A DNA stretch of 64,000 nucleotides from a virus. Made by a program: the position numbers and the translations under genes. The notes beneath the pieces were generated by a model. It saw only the letters and a list, made by a program, of their open reading frames with translations. It was not told the DNA's origin and made no database searches. This document shows, piece after piece, positions 1 to 9,845 of the stretch (its first letter is position 1; each line of letters begins with the position of its first letter). The DNA lies in IMG/VR virus record IMGVR_UViG_3300009104_000012, positions 9,884 to 73,883 of that record. One strand, given 5' to 3'.

Positions 1-361
1 GTAATTTCATAAACCATATCTCTATATTATTATTCTCTTTTAATTCTTTTTGTAAATAATTCCAAATACTATATGTTCGTTTACTTTGACCAACTCTAAA
101 TCCATTTAAATAAGCATTGATTGTACTTTCAATACCACCTTTTGTTTGTGAACCACCAAACTTAACTATCTTTTTATTATTAGCAATTAAATATAACTTA
201 CCATCAGAATCTTGTCTTTCATCTTTTGTACAGGCAAATTTCATACTTAATTTATTCAAATCATTAAAATGCATTTCACCTAATTTTTGCCAGTAGGTCA
301 AATCAAGTTCATCTATAGTTTTTATTTGTTTATGCCCTAATAGTTCTGCTAATTTATTCAC
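1..361 (-). CDS. Partial GIY-YIG-family nuclease, Hpy188I-like (runs off window edge)
   Basis: Manual translation from GTG at 361: ...DGKLYLIANNKKIVKFGGSQTKGGIESTINAYLNG...RTYSIWNYLQKEL...IEIWFM; two-strand 'LY...K-x-G' pattern of divergent GIY-YIG; not in ORF track. Confidence 0.5.
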   Translation of the reverse strand, partial: MNKLAELLGHKQIKTIDELDLTYWQKLGEMHFNDLNKLSMKFACTKDERQDSDGKLYLIANNKKIVKFGGSQTKGGIESTINAYLNGFRVGQSKRTYSIWNYLQKELKENNNIEIWFMKL

Positions 362-486
362 TTCTTTTTCTTTCTTCCAAAATAATGATCTCCAGGTTCA
401 TAGTCCCACCTTTTACCGTGATGACCTCTTAAATCAGCCCACCACATTCTTATTTTAACTATTACTCTTCTAATTCTATAACTCAT
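358..486 (-). CDS. Small basic hypothetical protein (42 aa)
   Basis: Manual translation MSYRIRRVIVKIRMWWADLRGHHGKRWDYEPGDHYFGRKKKK; ATGA/GTGA overlaps with both neighbours. Confidence 0.6.
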   Translation of the reverse strand: MSYRIRRVIVKIRMWWADLRGHHGKRWDYEPGDHYFGRKKKK

Positions 487-1265
487 TTATTTTTTAATCT
501 ATTCCAGGCGAATCCATTTCTTAATTCTGTTAATGTGTATTGATTTGCTAATAAACTATCTATCCACTCACTTCTGTTTTCAGCATATAAAGGTTTCTCT
601 ATTTCAAATAAATCTCTTTTAGATACAGGTAAAGCACAGGATATTTTGTCGCAAAAGGACGGTACACCTGCCAACACAGCGTCAACAGCAGCAGTAGTTT
701 GAAATGATATTACTGCCCAAGCACCTTTTATTTCTTCCATAAATGGTACTTTTGATGTCTTTAATCTAAACCTTACTTCTCTATCTGTAGACCTTCTTAA
801 AATATTTTTCACTTCATCTTCCCAAGTTGTATCACCTAATCCATAATAATTTTTCATAAATTGAGAAGGTGGTAATACTACAATATATGTTCCAGTTAAC
901 TGCCAATCTTTTATTGTTATTTTTTCTCTAAATTTCTTTATCCTATTATAATCTGATTCGTCTAATTTGTCAATATAATTTAATGATAAAGCATTCTTTG
1001 TTAATCTATATATTCTATCTTTAAATATAGGGTTTATACCGTGTTTTTGTTCTTTGAAATAATAAGCGTGATCAAAGTAATAAAATTCTTTTGATCTTTT
1101 TAAAACTTCTCCAGTACCTCTTAATACACCAAACATTGATACTGGTTTTGTAATGTCTACCGATTGAAAATCTGGACCGTCTTTATGTAATGTACCACCT
1201 GCACTCCGTACAAATGGGTCTACGACTTGGTCGGTCATAGGTCTTGTCAATAAACCTTGTATCAT
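483..1265 (-). CDS. Glycosyltransferase-like / capsule polysaccharide biosynthesis-like protein
   Basis: C-terminal AWAVISFQTTAAVDAVLAGVPSF motif typical of GT-B-like KpsS/capsule_synth proteins; glycan island context. Confidence 0.5.
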   Translation of the reverse strand: MIQGLLTRPMTDQVVDPFVRSAGGTLHKDGPDFQSVDITKPVSMFGVLRGTGEVLKRSKEFYYFDHAYYFKEQKHGINPIFKDRIYRLTKNALSLNYIDKLDESDYNRIKKFREKITIKDWQLTGTYIVVLPPSQFMKNYYGLGDTTWEDEVKNILRRSTDREVRFRLKTSKVPFMEEIKGAWAVISFQTTAAVDAVLAGVPSFCDKISCALPVSKRDLFEIEKPLYAENRSEWIDSLLANQYTLTELRNGFAWNRLKNK

Positions 1266-1933
1266 AAATTAACTTTTGATGTTTCATTAAAGTTGTTAAA
1301 CCAATCTATAGAGTAATCACAACCTTTGTATTCCTCAAACCAAGGACCGCCTTCTGTAAAGTGAACATTTTTAACATCTTCTTTATATTCATATTCACTA
1401 ACTAACCAATTCCATTCTAATGGTAAATCTCCTATCAAATGGTCTCCTTCTAACCATTTAAATTGATGTAATTGTAATCCTGTTGCACTATTCACATAAT
1501 CTGGTGTTAGTGCTGTACACTTATCACAATTCATTAACATAAAACTTGACCAATTTTTCTTAACATATTTTGTTTGAGTTTGACCTAAAAACTTCTTTTC
1601 AGTTCTTGGTATATAATCGTGTTTACATACTTGTACAGCATATTTTTCGTCTCTTAATCTCCACAATTCTGCAACATCTGTCATCATTAACTGGTCACAA
1701 TCCATAAACAAAGCCCAACCTTTATAGTTCATAAGGTGAGGTACTATAAATCTACTAAAACTAAATTCAGTTGATTCTATATTACTTCGTTCTCTAGTAA
1801 AATTATCCTTTATATTTGGTAAATATATCGGTGTAATAGATACTGGTCTGGTACTCTTTTTTAATATACTATATGAAAGTACATTAAATGCTACTTTTTC
1901 TTTACTATCATATCCAATAAAAATGTTAATCAT
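1262..1933 (-). CDS. GT-A fold glycosyltransferase (GT8-like)
   Basis: IFIGYD, STEFSFSRF, ALFMDCD (DxD), KNWSS, WNWLV, HFTEGGPW. Confidence 0.8.
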   Translation of the reverse strand: MINIFIGYDSKEKVAFNVLSYSILKKSTRPVSITPIYLPNIKDNFTRERSNIESTEFSFSRFIVPHLMNYKGWALFMDCDQLMMTDVAELWRLRDEKYAVQVCKHDYIPRTEKKFLGQTQTKYVKKNWSSFMLMNCDKCTALTPDYVNSATGLQLHQFKWLEGDHLIGDLPLEWNWLVSEYEYKEDVKNVHFTEGGPWFEEYKGCDYSIDWFNNFNETSKVNL

Positions 1934-2148
1934 TATACATCTGTTCTAATAATATGTTTTCTTAAAGCTCTAACAAGTCTTTCTATGTTATCTATAATAT
2001 CAATTAAAGTTTTATCTTTAATATATCCTTGTGATTCTTTTAACTTATCATATTCTTTTAATGAGATTGACACCATTGGTGAATAATCTCTATTACTTTC
2101 ATTTTCATATGTCTTATCGTGTTCATCTGTTGTATCAAATTCGCTCAT
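1933..2148 (-). CDS. Hypothetical protein
   Basis: ORF; start moved to the ATG overlapping the upstream stop (MSEFD...). Confidence 0.55.
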   Translation of the reverse strand: MSEFDTTDEHDKTYENESNRDYSPMVSISLKEYDKLKESQGYIKDKTLIDIIDNIERLVRALRKHIIRTDV

Positions 2149-2879
2149 TGATTTCTGCTCCATTCTGGACTATGTGGTTTGTATTTTCTAGGACCTTTTC
2201 TATGGTCTAGGTACTGATTTATAAATTTGTCTCTTGCCATAATATGGCCCATACCACTATCGCCCAATTTGTGTTCTATATATTCATCTTCATTTGCCAG
2301 CATTTTTCTGGACAAATCTAAAGTATGACAATCAGTAAAAAATTTCTTTCCTTTTATCTTTATATCATAAACGGTATCGTGTATATACCATTCCTTGTAT
2401 TGTTTAAAAAACTTATCTGTACATTTTTTAGTATTATTAAATGCAACAAAACCTGTTTCTGTATATTGTTTTGGTCTATCATAAAAAGATATAAAAACAT
2501 TTTCTGGTAAACATTGGTCATACCATTCCATAGGTATTGTCTTAACAAAAACTGAATCACTATCTACATAAAATACCTTATCTGCATATTTTCTAGCTGC
2601 TGATTGAGCAAATACTTTATAACTAAATCGTACAGCGTCTTGAAAAAAGTCTCCTACAACTCTATTCTTATTTCTATCCCTAAACTTTAAACTTTCAGGT
2701 TCTTCTTCAAATAAATTATGATAATGTAAATTAGAACCTTTTGGGTATTGGTTTATATCATCTTCAACAAAAATATGTAATTCTAATTCTTGTTGAGTTT
2801 GGTAATATGATGTTATTAACTGATTAGCATAATCATCATACAACTTTTTATTATATGTACTAATTAATATCTGTTTCAA
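2145..2879 (-). CDS. GT-A fold glycosyltransferase-like protein
   Basis: DAVRFSYKVFA, VFYVDSD (DxD), YTETGFVAFN, HRKGPRK. Confidence 0.65.
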   Translation of the reverse strand: MKQILISTYNKKLYDDYANQLITSYYQTQQELELHIFVEDDINQYPKGSNLHYHNLFEEEPESLKFRDRNKNRVVGDFFQDAVRFSYKVFAQSAARKYADKVFYVDSDSVFVKTIPMEWYDQCLPENVFISFYDRPKQYTETGFVAFNNTKKCTDKFFKQYKEWYIHDTVYDIKIKGKKFFTDCHTLDLSRKMLANEDEYIEHKLGDSGMGHIMARDKFINQYLDHRKGPRKYKPHSPEWSRNQ

Positions 2880-3979
2880 TCTTTACCTTCAATACTTGTT
2901 CCTAGATACGGATCATTTTCTTGATTATATCTTTGTGATTCCTCTGGAAATGTTATCGTAGGCCACATATCAGATTGTCTATCACTACAATATCTATCAA
3001 TATCTGCGTCTACCATTTCTTCCATTAAACTTTGTACATTATGTTTATGTTCCCAACCTAATACTTCTTTTGCTTTAGTAGCGTCTCCTTGTAGTATATC
3101 TACCTCAGCAGGTCGTAAATGTTTTTGGTCTGTAGTAATAATTAATTGGTTACCTTTTGTAAAACACTCACCATCTTTCCAATAATGTTCTATTTCTTTA
3201 TAATCTAAAGCCATATCTGCAAATTCTTTTACGGTATGGATTTCACCAGTTGCTAATACATAATCATCTGGTTTATCGTGTTGTAGCATTTGCCACATAC
3301 CTCTACAAAAATCTTCAGCGTGTCCCCAATCTCTTTTAGCGTCCAAATTTCCTAAAACAATTGGTGTACTATTTTGTATCCAATGTGCTAAACCTTTTGA
3401 TATTTTTCTGGTTACAAAATCCTCACCTCTATGTGGACTTTCGTGGTTAAATAATATACCACAACAAGCAAACATACCATACGATTCTCTATAGTTTATT
3501 GTAATGTGATGAGCATATAATTTTGCAACACCATATGGACTTCTAGGCCAAAACTTCGTTGTTTCTTTTTGTGGTGTTTCAAATACTTTACCATACATTT
3601 CACTTGTACTTGCTTGATAGAATTTAATTTTAGGATTAACTTGTCTTATACTCTCTAGTATTCTTAAACAACCCATAGCGTCTATTAGAGTAGCAAGTTC
3701 TGGTTGTTTAAATGATAACCATACAAACGATTGAGCAGCTAAATTATAAACTTCATCTGGTTGAGTTTCTTCTATTGCTCTTCTTATATTCGCTTGGTCT
3801 ATTACATCAAGTTCAACAAACTCAATCTTATCTGTAATACCCATTTCATCTAATCGCCAATGTTTTGGTGATGTACTTCGTCTTTGTCCACCAAATACTT
3901 TGTATCCTTTTTCTAATAAAAATTTGGCCAAATAAGCGCCATCTTGTCCTGTTATACCTGTTATTAATGCTCGCTTCAT
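2876..3979 (-). CDS. gmd: GDP-mannose 4,6-dehydratase
   Basis: ALITGITGQDGAYLA, YNLAAQS, YQASTSE, PRSPYGVAK, FNHESP, LGNLDAKRDWGHA. Confidence 0.95.
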   Translation of the reverse strand: MKRALITGITGQDGAYLAKFLLEKGYKVFGGQRRSTSPKHWRLDEMGITDKIEFVELDVIDQANIRRAIEETQPDEVYNLAAQSFVWLSFKQPELATLIDAMGCLRILESIRQVNPKIKFYQASTSEMYGKVFETPQKETTKFWPRSPYGVAKLYAHHITINYRESYGMFACCGILFNHESPHRGEDFVTRKISKGLAHWIQNSTPIVLGNLDAKRDWGHAEDFCRGMWQMLQHDKPDDYVLATGEIHTVKEFADMALDYKEIEHYWKDGECFTKGNQLIITTDQKHLRPAEVDILQGDATKAKEVLGWEHKHNVQSLMEEMVDADIDRYCSDRQSDMWPTITFPEESQRYNQENDPYLGTSIEGKD

Positions 3980-5133
3980 TTTATCTCCTTCAAAATTGAA
4001 TACACCATTTCTATGTTGTCTTTTAAATCTCTTATATCATTTCCTATAAACAATCCATTATCGTGTATATAATTAGCATTTGGATAATCTCCATTTTTAT
4101 AATATTCCATATAATCTATTACAGGATTTTTCATAAAATTACCTGCAACAATAGGTCTGCACTCTATTCCATTTTCTTTAAATGATTTAACTACTTGGTC
4201 TCTTTTACCTTTTAAATCATCTACCAATACAATTGAGAAACCAAACCAACTGGATTCTCCTACTTCTTTTTGTATTTGTACACCTGGAAAATCTTTAAAT
4301 TTTTCTTGAAAGTATTTTGCGTTCTTAATTCTTTGTTTTCTCATTTCAGGCCATTTTTTAAGTTGTACACTTCCAATTGCACCACTCATTTCTAAAGGTC
4401 TTACACTATAACCTGGGGTTACAAAGGTAAAACTATCTTTAAAATTATCACCTGTTTTTTTATAAACTTTATTATCATCTGGTAAATCTCTACACCAACC
4501 GTGTGCCCTTAATGACCTTAAATAGTTAGCGTCATCTTTATTACAACACGCAATCATTCCACCTTCCATTGTTTGTAAATGATGTGAAAAGAAAAAAGAA
4601 TAACTACCTAATATACCAAAAGTACCAGCATAATCTCCTGTATCTGTTTTAGCACCTAAACTTTCACAATTATCCTCTAATATCCAAATATCTCGGTTTA
4701 AAGCAATATTAAATATTTCTTTATAATTACAAGAATTGCCTAAAAGATTTACTGCAAAGATAGCGCAAGTATCCTTATTAATAGCTTTTTTAACTTCGTT
4801 AGGGTCTATGTTTAAAGTTTCCCTATCTATATCTACAAAGTTTAATTTAAATCCGTATTGTTGTAATGGAAAAAATGTTGTTGACCAAGAAACAGCAGGT
4901 ACTATAATATTTCCTTCACAACCATATTTGTGTTTCAATAGTGCTAACATTAATAAATTAGCAGTTGACCCACTATTAACCATAACTGCTTCTTTGCAAC
5001 CAAAAAATTCTGCAAACTCTTGCTCAAACTTCTTGACGTGTGGACCCATTGTATATCGACCACTTTTTATAACTGATTGTATCGCCTCTAATTCTCTATT
5101 GTCCCAAGTATCACAGGCTAATGGATATTTCAT
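3976..5133 (-). CDS. colD: DegT/DnrJ-family PLP enzyme, ColD-type GDP-4-keto-6-deoxymannose 3-dehydratase
   Basis: VNSGSTAN, LEDNCESLGA, SFFFSHHLQTMEGG (His in place of the Schiff-base Lys), LRAHGW; adjacent to gmd. Confidence 0.8.
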   Translation of the reverse strand: MKYPLACDTWDNRELEAIQSVIKSGRYTMGPHVKKFEQEFAEFFGCKEAVMVNSGSTANLLMLALLKHKYGCEGNIIVPAVSWSTTFFPLQQYGFKLNFVDIDRETLNIDPNEVKKAINKDTCAIFAVNLLGNSCNYKEIFNIALNRDIWILEDNCESLGAKTDTGDYAGTFGILGSYSFFFSHHLQTMEGGMIACCNKDDANYLRSLRAHGWCRDLPDDNKVYKKTGDNFKDSFTFVTPGYSVRPLEMSGAIGSVQLKKWPEMRKQRIKNAKYFQEKFKDFPGVQIQKEVGESSWFGFSIVLVDDLKGKRDQVVKSFKENGIECRPIVAGNFMKNPVIDYMEYYKNGDYPNANYIHDNGLFIGNDIRDLKDNIEMVYSILKEIK

Positions 5134-5145
5134 AATCTTTCCTTA

Positions 5146-6999
5146 TTATATGTTCATTTTAAATACTTTATACCAAGCTGCAAATGTAGCTATTGTAAAT
5201 AACTCCTTTTGAGATTTTTGACCTGCGTTTGGATGAACAACAGGATCACCTTTTTCATTTACATCTACTTTCCAATTCTTGTTTAACATATATTTATCAT
5301 CAATTTCGGAAGTAGTATATTCAAAAATATTTTGAATATCTTTATTTTTCATAAGACTTCTAAAATATTCTTTTAAAGGTGTACTATCAGGTGCTGGTTG
5401 TGTCATCTTTCCAATTATACCTTCGTCTGTAGGAAATCTCCAACCAGTTTTATCTCTTTCTAATATTTGTTTTGGTAATCTTTTATAGTATGCTGTCTTT
5501 AGTAATGGTTTATTATGAAAAGCCCAATTTTCTTCTAAAAACTTTTTATTTACTTTAACTCTACCAGGAATAGACCTTACAAAATCTCTAAAAGTTCTAT
5601 TCATAAATGGAAATCTTCCTTCCATACTAAATCTCATACCTAACTTATCGTTTCTTATTAAAAAATCTTCTGCTAATGTATTTAAACATTCTATGTACAT
5701 CAAATCATTTAATTTATCACCTTGTAAACCACCTTTAGGTAACCAACTATCAAGATACTCTATTTGGTCTTTATGAGTTGCCCATAATTCCTTATTATTT
5801 AATATCCTATGATTAGCACATAAACCTTTTAATTTCGTGTGCCAAGGAAATTGTTCAGCTGGTAAATTTACTCCTAATCTATGATGTTTATATCCACATA
5901 ATAATTCATCACCACCATCACCACTTAAAGTCACCGTAATATCATTTTCTGAAATCATTTTATTTGTAGAATAATAAACTGGTAAACTTTTTGCTTGTCT
6001 AGGTTCCTCTAATGCTTCCATTGTATTTTCAAATTCATTAACATAATCTTGTTCAGGAAATCTAATTTCTTGATGGTTACCACCATACAAATCTGAAAGA
6101 TAAGCTGCTAATTTAGCGTCTTCATTTAATCTGCTACCTCGGAAATATGTTAGAAAACTTGATGAAAAGGTATTAGGTTTTGTTTTTAAGTGTTGTGTCA
6201 TTTCATATAATATAGAAGAGCTATCAATACCACCACTTAAAAATAAACCAATCTTTCTACGACCCATTAAGGTTTGTTTTACTGCTTGATTTAATTTAAC
6301 TCTCACCATATCCGAAACATCACCAGGAGACTTTATTGAATTATCTATTTTAATTGGAATATTATTAATATTTGTGGATACTTTCTTATCTGTAATTACA
6401 TTTATTTCAACAACTTCACCAGGTACTAATTTCTTTATACTTTTAAATAAAGTTAAATAACCTGCATTATAACCTTGTTTGTAATATTGTCTAAATCCTT
6501 CTTTATCTACTTTTCTTGGAAATCCTATTTCTAACAAACTTTTAATTTCGGAAGAAAATGCTAACTTACCTTGAATATAACCATAATAGAGTGGTTTCGT
6601 TCCATTACTATCTCTAGCAATAATCAAATTTTGTGTTTTTTTGTTATAAGCTGCAAAAGCAAACATTCCATCTAATTCATTAATAAAGTCTTTTCCTTTT
6701 TGGTCTAAACCAACTATTAATGTTTCGGTATCTGTATCTGTTTGAAATTGATGTTTTAATGAATCGTTTAATTCTTTATAATTGTAAATTTCGCCGTTAT
6801 AGACTAAAACCCAATCCTTGTAAAACCAAGGTTGTTTTGAATTTTCTACCGTATCTACAATTGATAAAAGATTATGACCTAGTGTAATTTGGTCATTGTG
6901 CCATTTACCATTTCCATCAGGACCTCTATGATGTGCTTGACACAACATTTCGTCCATTTGTCTTTCTGAAGGCCAAAGTATTCCGTGAATTGCACACAT
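5146..6999 (-). CDS. asnB: Asparagine synthase-family glutamine amidotransferase
   Basis: N-terminal Cys2 (MCAI), HRGPD, NGEIYN, LSGGIDSS, SGDGGDE, RNDKLGM. Confidence 0.9.
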   Translation of the reverse strand: MCAIHGILWPSERQMDEMLCQAHHRGPDGNGKWHNDQITLGHNLLSIVDTVENSKQPWFYKDWVLVYNGEIYNYKELNDSLKHQFQTDTDTETLIVGLDQKGKDFINELDGMFAFAAYNKKTQNLIIARDSNGTKPLYYGYIQGKLAFSSEIKSLLEIGFPRKVDKEGFRQYYKQGYNAGYLTLFKSIKKLVPGEVVEINVITDKKVSTNINNIPIKIDNSIKSPGDVSDMVRVKLNQAVKQTLMGRRKIGLFLSGGIDSSSILYEMTQHLKTKPNTFSSSFLTYFRGSRLNEDAKLAAYLSDLYGGNHQEIRFPEQDYVNEFENTMEALEEPRQAKSLPVYYSTNKMISENDITVTLSGDGGDELLCGYKHHRLGVNLPAEQFPWHTKLKGLCANHRILNNKELWATHKDQIEYLDSWLPKGGLQGDKLNDLMYIECLNTLAEDFLIRNDKLGMRFSMEGRFPFMNRTFRDFVRSIPGRVKVNKKFLEENWAFHNKPLLKTAYYKRLPKQILERDKTGWRFPTDEGIIGKMTQPAPDSTPLKEYFRSLMKNKDIQNIFEYTTSEIDDKYMLNKNWKVDVNEKGDPVVHPNAGQKSQKELFTIATFAAWYKVFKMNI

Positions 7000-7002
7000 A
7001 AT

Positions 7003-7086
7003 CTAAGCGAACCTCCAGAACAAAAAATTGCTGAGGTAAATCCAGCGCTCAAAATAGCCTGGTTTCTTCCAGTCTGGAGAGATCAT
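7003..7086 (-). CDS. Putative 27-aa aromatic-rich peptide
   Basis: Manual translation MISPDWKKPGYFERWIYLSNFLFWRFA fills the gap between the radical SAM gene and asnB. Confidence 0.35.
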   Translation of the reverse strand: MISPDWKKPGYFERWIYLSNFLFWRFA

Positions 7087-7117
7087 AATTTTCCATAAGT
7101 TTTTTATACGTATATAC

Positions 7118-7996
7118 TTATACATTTGGTTTACCTCTTACATCACGCTTGCAACTTTGACAAGGAGAGTTTGGAAACCAATCTGCTCTATTAATTCTTT
7201 GTCGCCACTCGGTATAATAATCACTAGTATAATTTAAAAATAAACTTGGTTCTTTTTTTAAATCACCTACAGCCCATTTACTATGTAATTCAGGCGTTAA
7301 CATATCGCAACAAATGGTCATTGAACCATCATACTCTATAAACACACCAGAATTCATACTTGTACACTTTTCAGTTCTTACATAGTCTTTATGTATATCT
7401 ACACTACCAGCACGGTTGGTTCCATTTTTCCAATAGTTTCTGGCGTGTATTGTACCTTTAACCTGTGGTACTTGATACCTAATCCAATCTTTATCTTTAT
7501 AATTTTCTTTAACAATTCTAGGTACACCAATTCTATCTGCTATCGTATTAATACGAACAAACACCTCATTTTCATCATATTCGGTTACACCATTTGCAAG
7601 GTAAGCTTGCATAGCAATATGATCCATACCTGCCTCTAATAATTCTTGCAAGTAATCTTTATTAAGGTAATCTGAATTGGTATTAAGGGATATTTTGGCG
7701 TGTGGTAAATAATACTTTGCTACTTTAATTTTTGAAAGTATTATTTCTTTTTTAGATAATGGTTCGTGATACCTGGTAAAATCTATACGACCATCAAAAT
7801 CTATTTCAGATAGTTGAGAAAATATAGAGTCATACATATCATCTGACATATAAACTATATTTTTATGGTCTCTTCTATCTACATCTGGTCTTGATAAAGG
7901 ACAAAATGTACAAGTTCTATTACAATAATTATGTATACCTATTTCAACTGACCTAATATTCTTTTTAAAAAGTCTTTTAGATTCTTCCAAGTTCAT
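7118..7996 (-). CDS. Radical SAM protein with SPASM/twitch domain
   Basis: CNRTCTFC (CxxxCxxC); C-terminal C...DGSMTICCD...VGDL...PCQSC. Confidence 0.85.
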   Translation of the reverse strand: MNLEESKRLFKKNIRSVEIGIHNYCNRTCTFCPLSRPDVDRRDHKNIVYMSDDMYDSIFSQLSEIDFDGRIDFTRYHEPLSKKEIILSKIKVAKYYLPHAKISLNTNSDYLNKDYLQELLEAGMDHIAMQAYLANGVTEYDENEVFVRINTIADRIGVPRIVKENYKDKDWIRYQVPQVKGTIHARNYWKNGTNRAGSVDIHKDYVRTEKCTSMNSGVFIEYDGSMTICCDMLTPELHSKWAVGDLKKEPSLFLNYTSDYYTEWRQRINRADWFPNSPCQSCKRDVRGKPNV

Positions 7997-8253
7997 TTAT
8001 TTAATAATTTATCTAACACAGCTTCAAATTCTAATGCTGGTAGGGGTTTACTAGAAAGATATTCCTGTACTCCTAAACCTCTTCTAAATTTACCATTAGG
8101 TAACTTCTCTAGTGCTTTTGGAATTTCTTTATGTCTTCCTAATACAAATCTTCTTGTACCAGGACCATAAGGTTTTATCTCACTATGTAATACAAAATAA
8201 TTTTCTCCTAATTGTTCTACTTTTGCCAATATTCTATTTAATGTTGCAGCCAT
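7993..8253 (-). CDS. Hypothetical protein
   Basis: ORF with GGAG RBS. Confidence 0.6.
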   Translation of the reverse strand: MAATLNRILAKVEQLGENYFVLHSEIKPYGPGTRRFVLGRHKEIPKALEKLPNGKFRRGLGVQEYLSSKPLPALEFEAVLDKLLNK

Positions 8254-8261
8254 TTTATCTC

Positions 8262-8930
8262 CTATTTTAATATAACTACATTACAAATTTGTCTATCTAC
8301 AGGTGCGTTAACTTCTTTAACTCCGTGCCAACCTCCTGTACTATTTTTAAATAAGCAAGACCTATTACCAGATACACTCTCTACTTTATGGAAATAAAAA
8401 TCTCCTGGTTCTGGATTCATTTTATCTATCTTCTTACCTTTATAAAATATAGTTTCACCACCCCAATCTTCTTGCCATTCTTTAGGCATAAAATAAAGTA
8501 AATGGGAACCAATCTTACCTATACTATCTATATGTGGACTAACGTCTAGTCCTGCCCTAGTTCTATGAAAGTCAAATCTTATTTTAAAATCTTCTATGTT
8601 TAAAGTTTTACAAATCCATTCTTTATATTCTTTGCCTCTTAATTCTGATATTAAGGTCTGCCAAACAAAAGGTAGGTCATTTACACTAGTTAAATATTGT
8701 TTAAAGTATTTACTACCTTGAGTTTCACCCATACAAAAAAACTTTCGGCAATGTGGTCTTTGTCCGTATTTTCTTTCTTCTGGAAATTCATCTTTAAATA
8801 ACTCATCACCAGGAAATGTTTTTAATAACTCTTCATAATCGTTTTGATTTATAAAGTTATCATAATAATTATGTGGTGTCCAACCATTAGTAATTAATTC
8901 TGTTGTAGGTATATTAATCATTGTGGCCAA
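8262..8930 (-). CDS. 2OG-Fe(II) oxygenase
   Basis: HID...LLYF...WGGET...WHGV...R facial triad pattern. Confidence 0.8.
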   Translation of the reverse strand: MATMINIPTTELITNGWTPHNYYDNFINQNDYEELLKTFPGDELFKDEFPEERKYGQRPHCRKFFCMGETQGSKYFKQYLTSVNDLPFVWQTLISELRGKEYKEWICKTLNIEDFKIRFDFHRTRAGLDVSPHIDSIGKIGSHLLYFMPKEWQEDWGGETIFYKGKKIDKMNPEPGDFYFHKVESVSGNRSCLFKNSTGGWHGVKEVNAPVDRQICNVVILK

Positions 8931-9316
8931 CTTGTTCGAGCAATATATGTCTTATAAATTATTTCATTCTTCTCTTGTAAACTTTTGACAAAATAACCTT
9001 CAATCAAATCATAACCTTGTTCTTTTGCCCATAAGACTCTTTTATTACCTGTATGTACACACATACCTTTTTTCTTTTCACCGTTCTCATCTTTAGGCCA
9101 ATTTTCTTTCCAATAATATTCATCTGTAGTTACCACTACAGGCCATTTCATACCGTGCTTAAGAATACTAGACCTGAATAATGGCATTCTTTTTTCTAAC
9201 CATTTCATACTTGGTATTAACATTATATTTTTAACCTCAAATAAATCTAACTGAGCGAAGCTAAGTTTACCTACGGGGTCAAGATGATTTTGTGCTCTTA
9301 ATATTTTCTTTTCCAT
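8918..9316 (-). CDS. ParB/Srx-like domain protein
   Basis: SILKHGMKWPVVV ... VHTGNKRVLWAKEQGY resembles the ParB-N 'GxxR' motif. Confidence 0.45.
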   Translation of the reverse strand: MEKKILRAQNHLDPVGKLSFAQLDLFEVKNIMLIPSMKWLEKRMPLFRSSILKHGMKWPVVVTTDEYYWKENWPKDENGEKKKGMCVHTGNKRVLWAKEQGYDLIEGYFVKSLQEKNEIIYKTYIARTSWPQ

Positions 9317-9845
9317 ATTGTGCTATGTAATAGGCGTCAACTATATCGGTAACAGGACTTGCTAATGTTTCCTGGTCTAACGCCTTCATTAAATCTATGT
9401 TAGTATCTTTTTTAAATTGTTCATACATCTTTTCTTTATCTGCATTGCCTTTTCCTGTTGCAAACTTTTTAATATTTGCTGGCGGTATTACTTCTATTTG
9501 TCCATACTTTTCTTGTAATCTATACTTTAAAATGCCACCATTTTCTGCAATCTGGAATAAAGCACGACCTTTACTGCCAAAGGAATAACCTTCCATAAAA
9601 ATATGTTTGTCATCTAGTTGATAGTTTTCTTCCAAACAATACAAGACCGTATCGCTAAGGTTTTTAAATCTTTCCACAGGATCATTATATTCTTTTGTAC
9701 CATAACCAATTATATTTCCTAAAAATATACCTTCATATTTCTTTTTAGGTGTGACGTAATAAAACATACAATCTTCATCATCTAATATACACCAACAAGG
9801 ACAAGTTAAACTATAATCAATCCCAATTATCTTCTGTTTCTTCAT
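9279..9845 (-). CDS. RuvC-like Holliday junction resolvase
   Basis: IIGIDYS, FMEGYSF, KKFATGKGNADK, DIVDAYY (RNase H fold acidic residues). Confidence 0.75.
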   Translation of the reverse strand: MKKQKIIGIDYSLTCPCWCILDDEDCMFYYVTPKKKYEGIFLGNIIGYGTKEYNDPVERFKNLSDTVLYCLEENYQLDDKHIFMEGYSFGSKGRALFQIAENGGILKYRLQEKYGQIEVIPPANIKKFATGKGNADKEKMYEQFKKDTNIDLMKALDQETLASPVTDIVDAYYIAQYGKENIKSTKSS

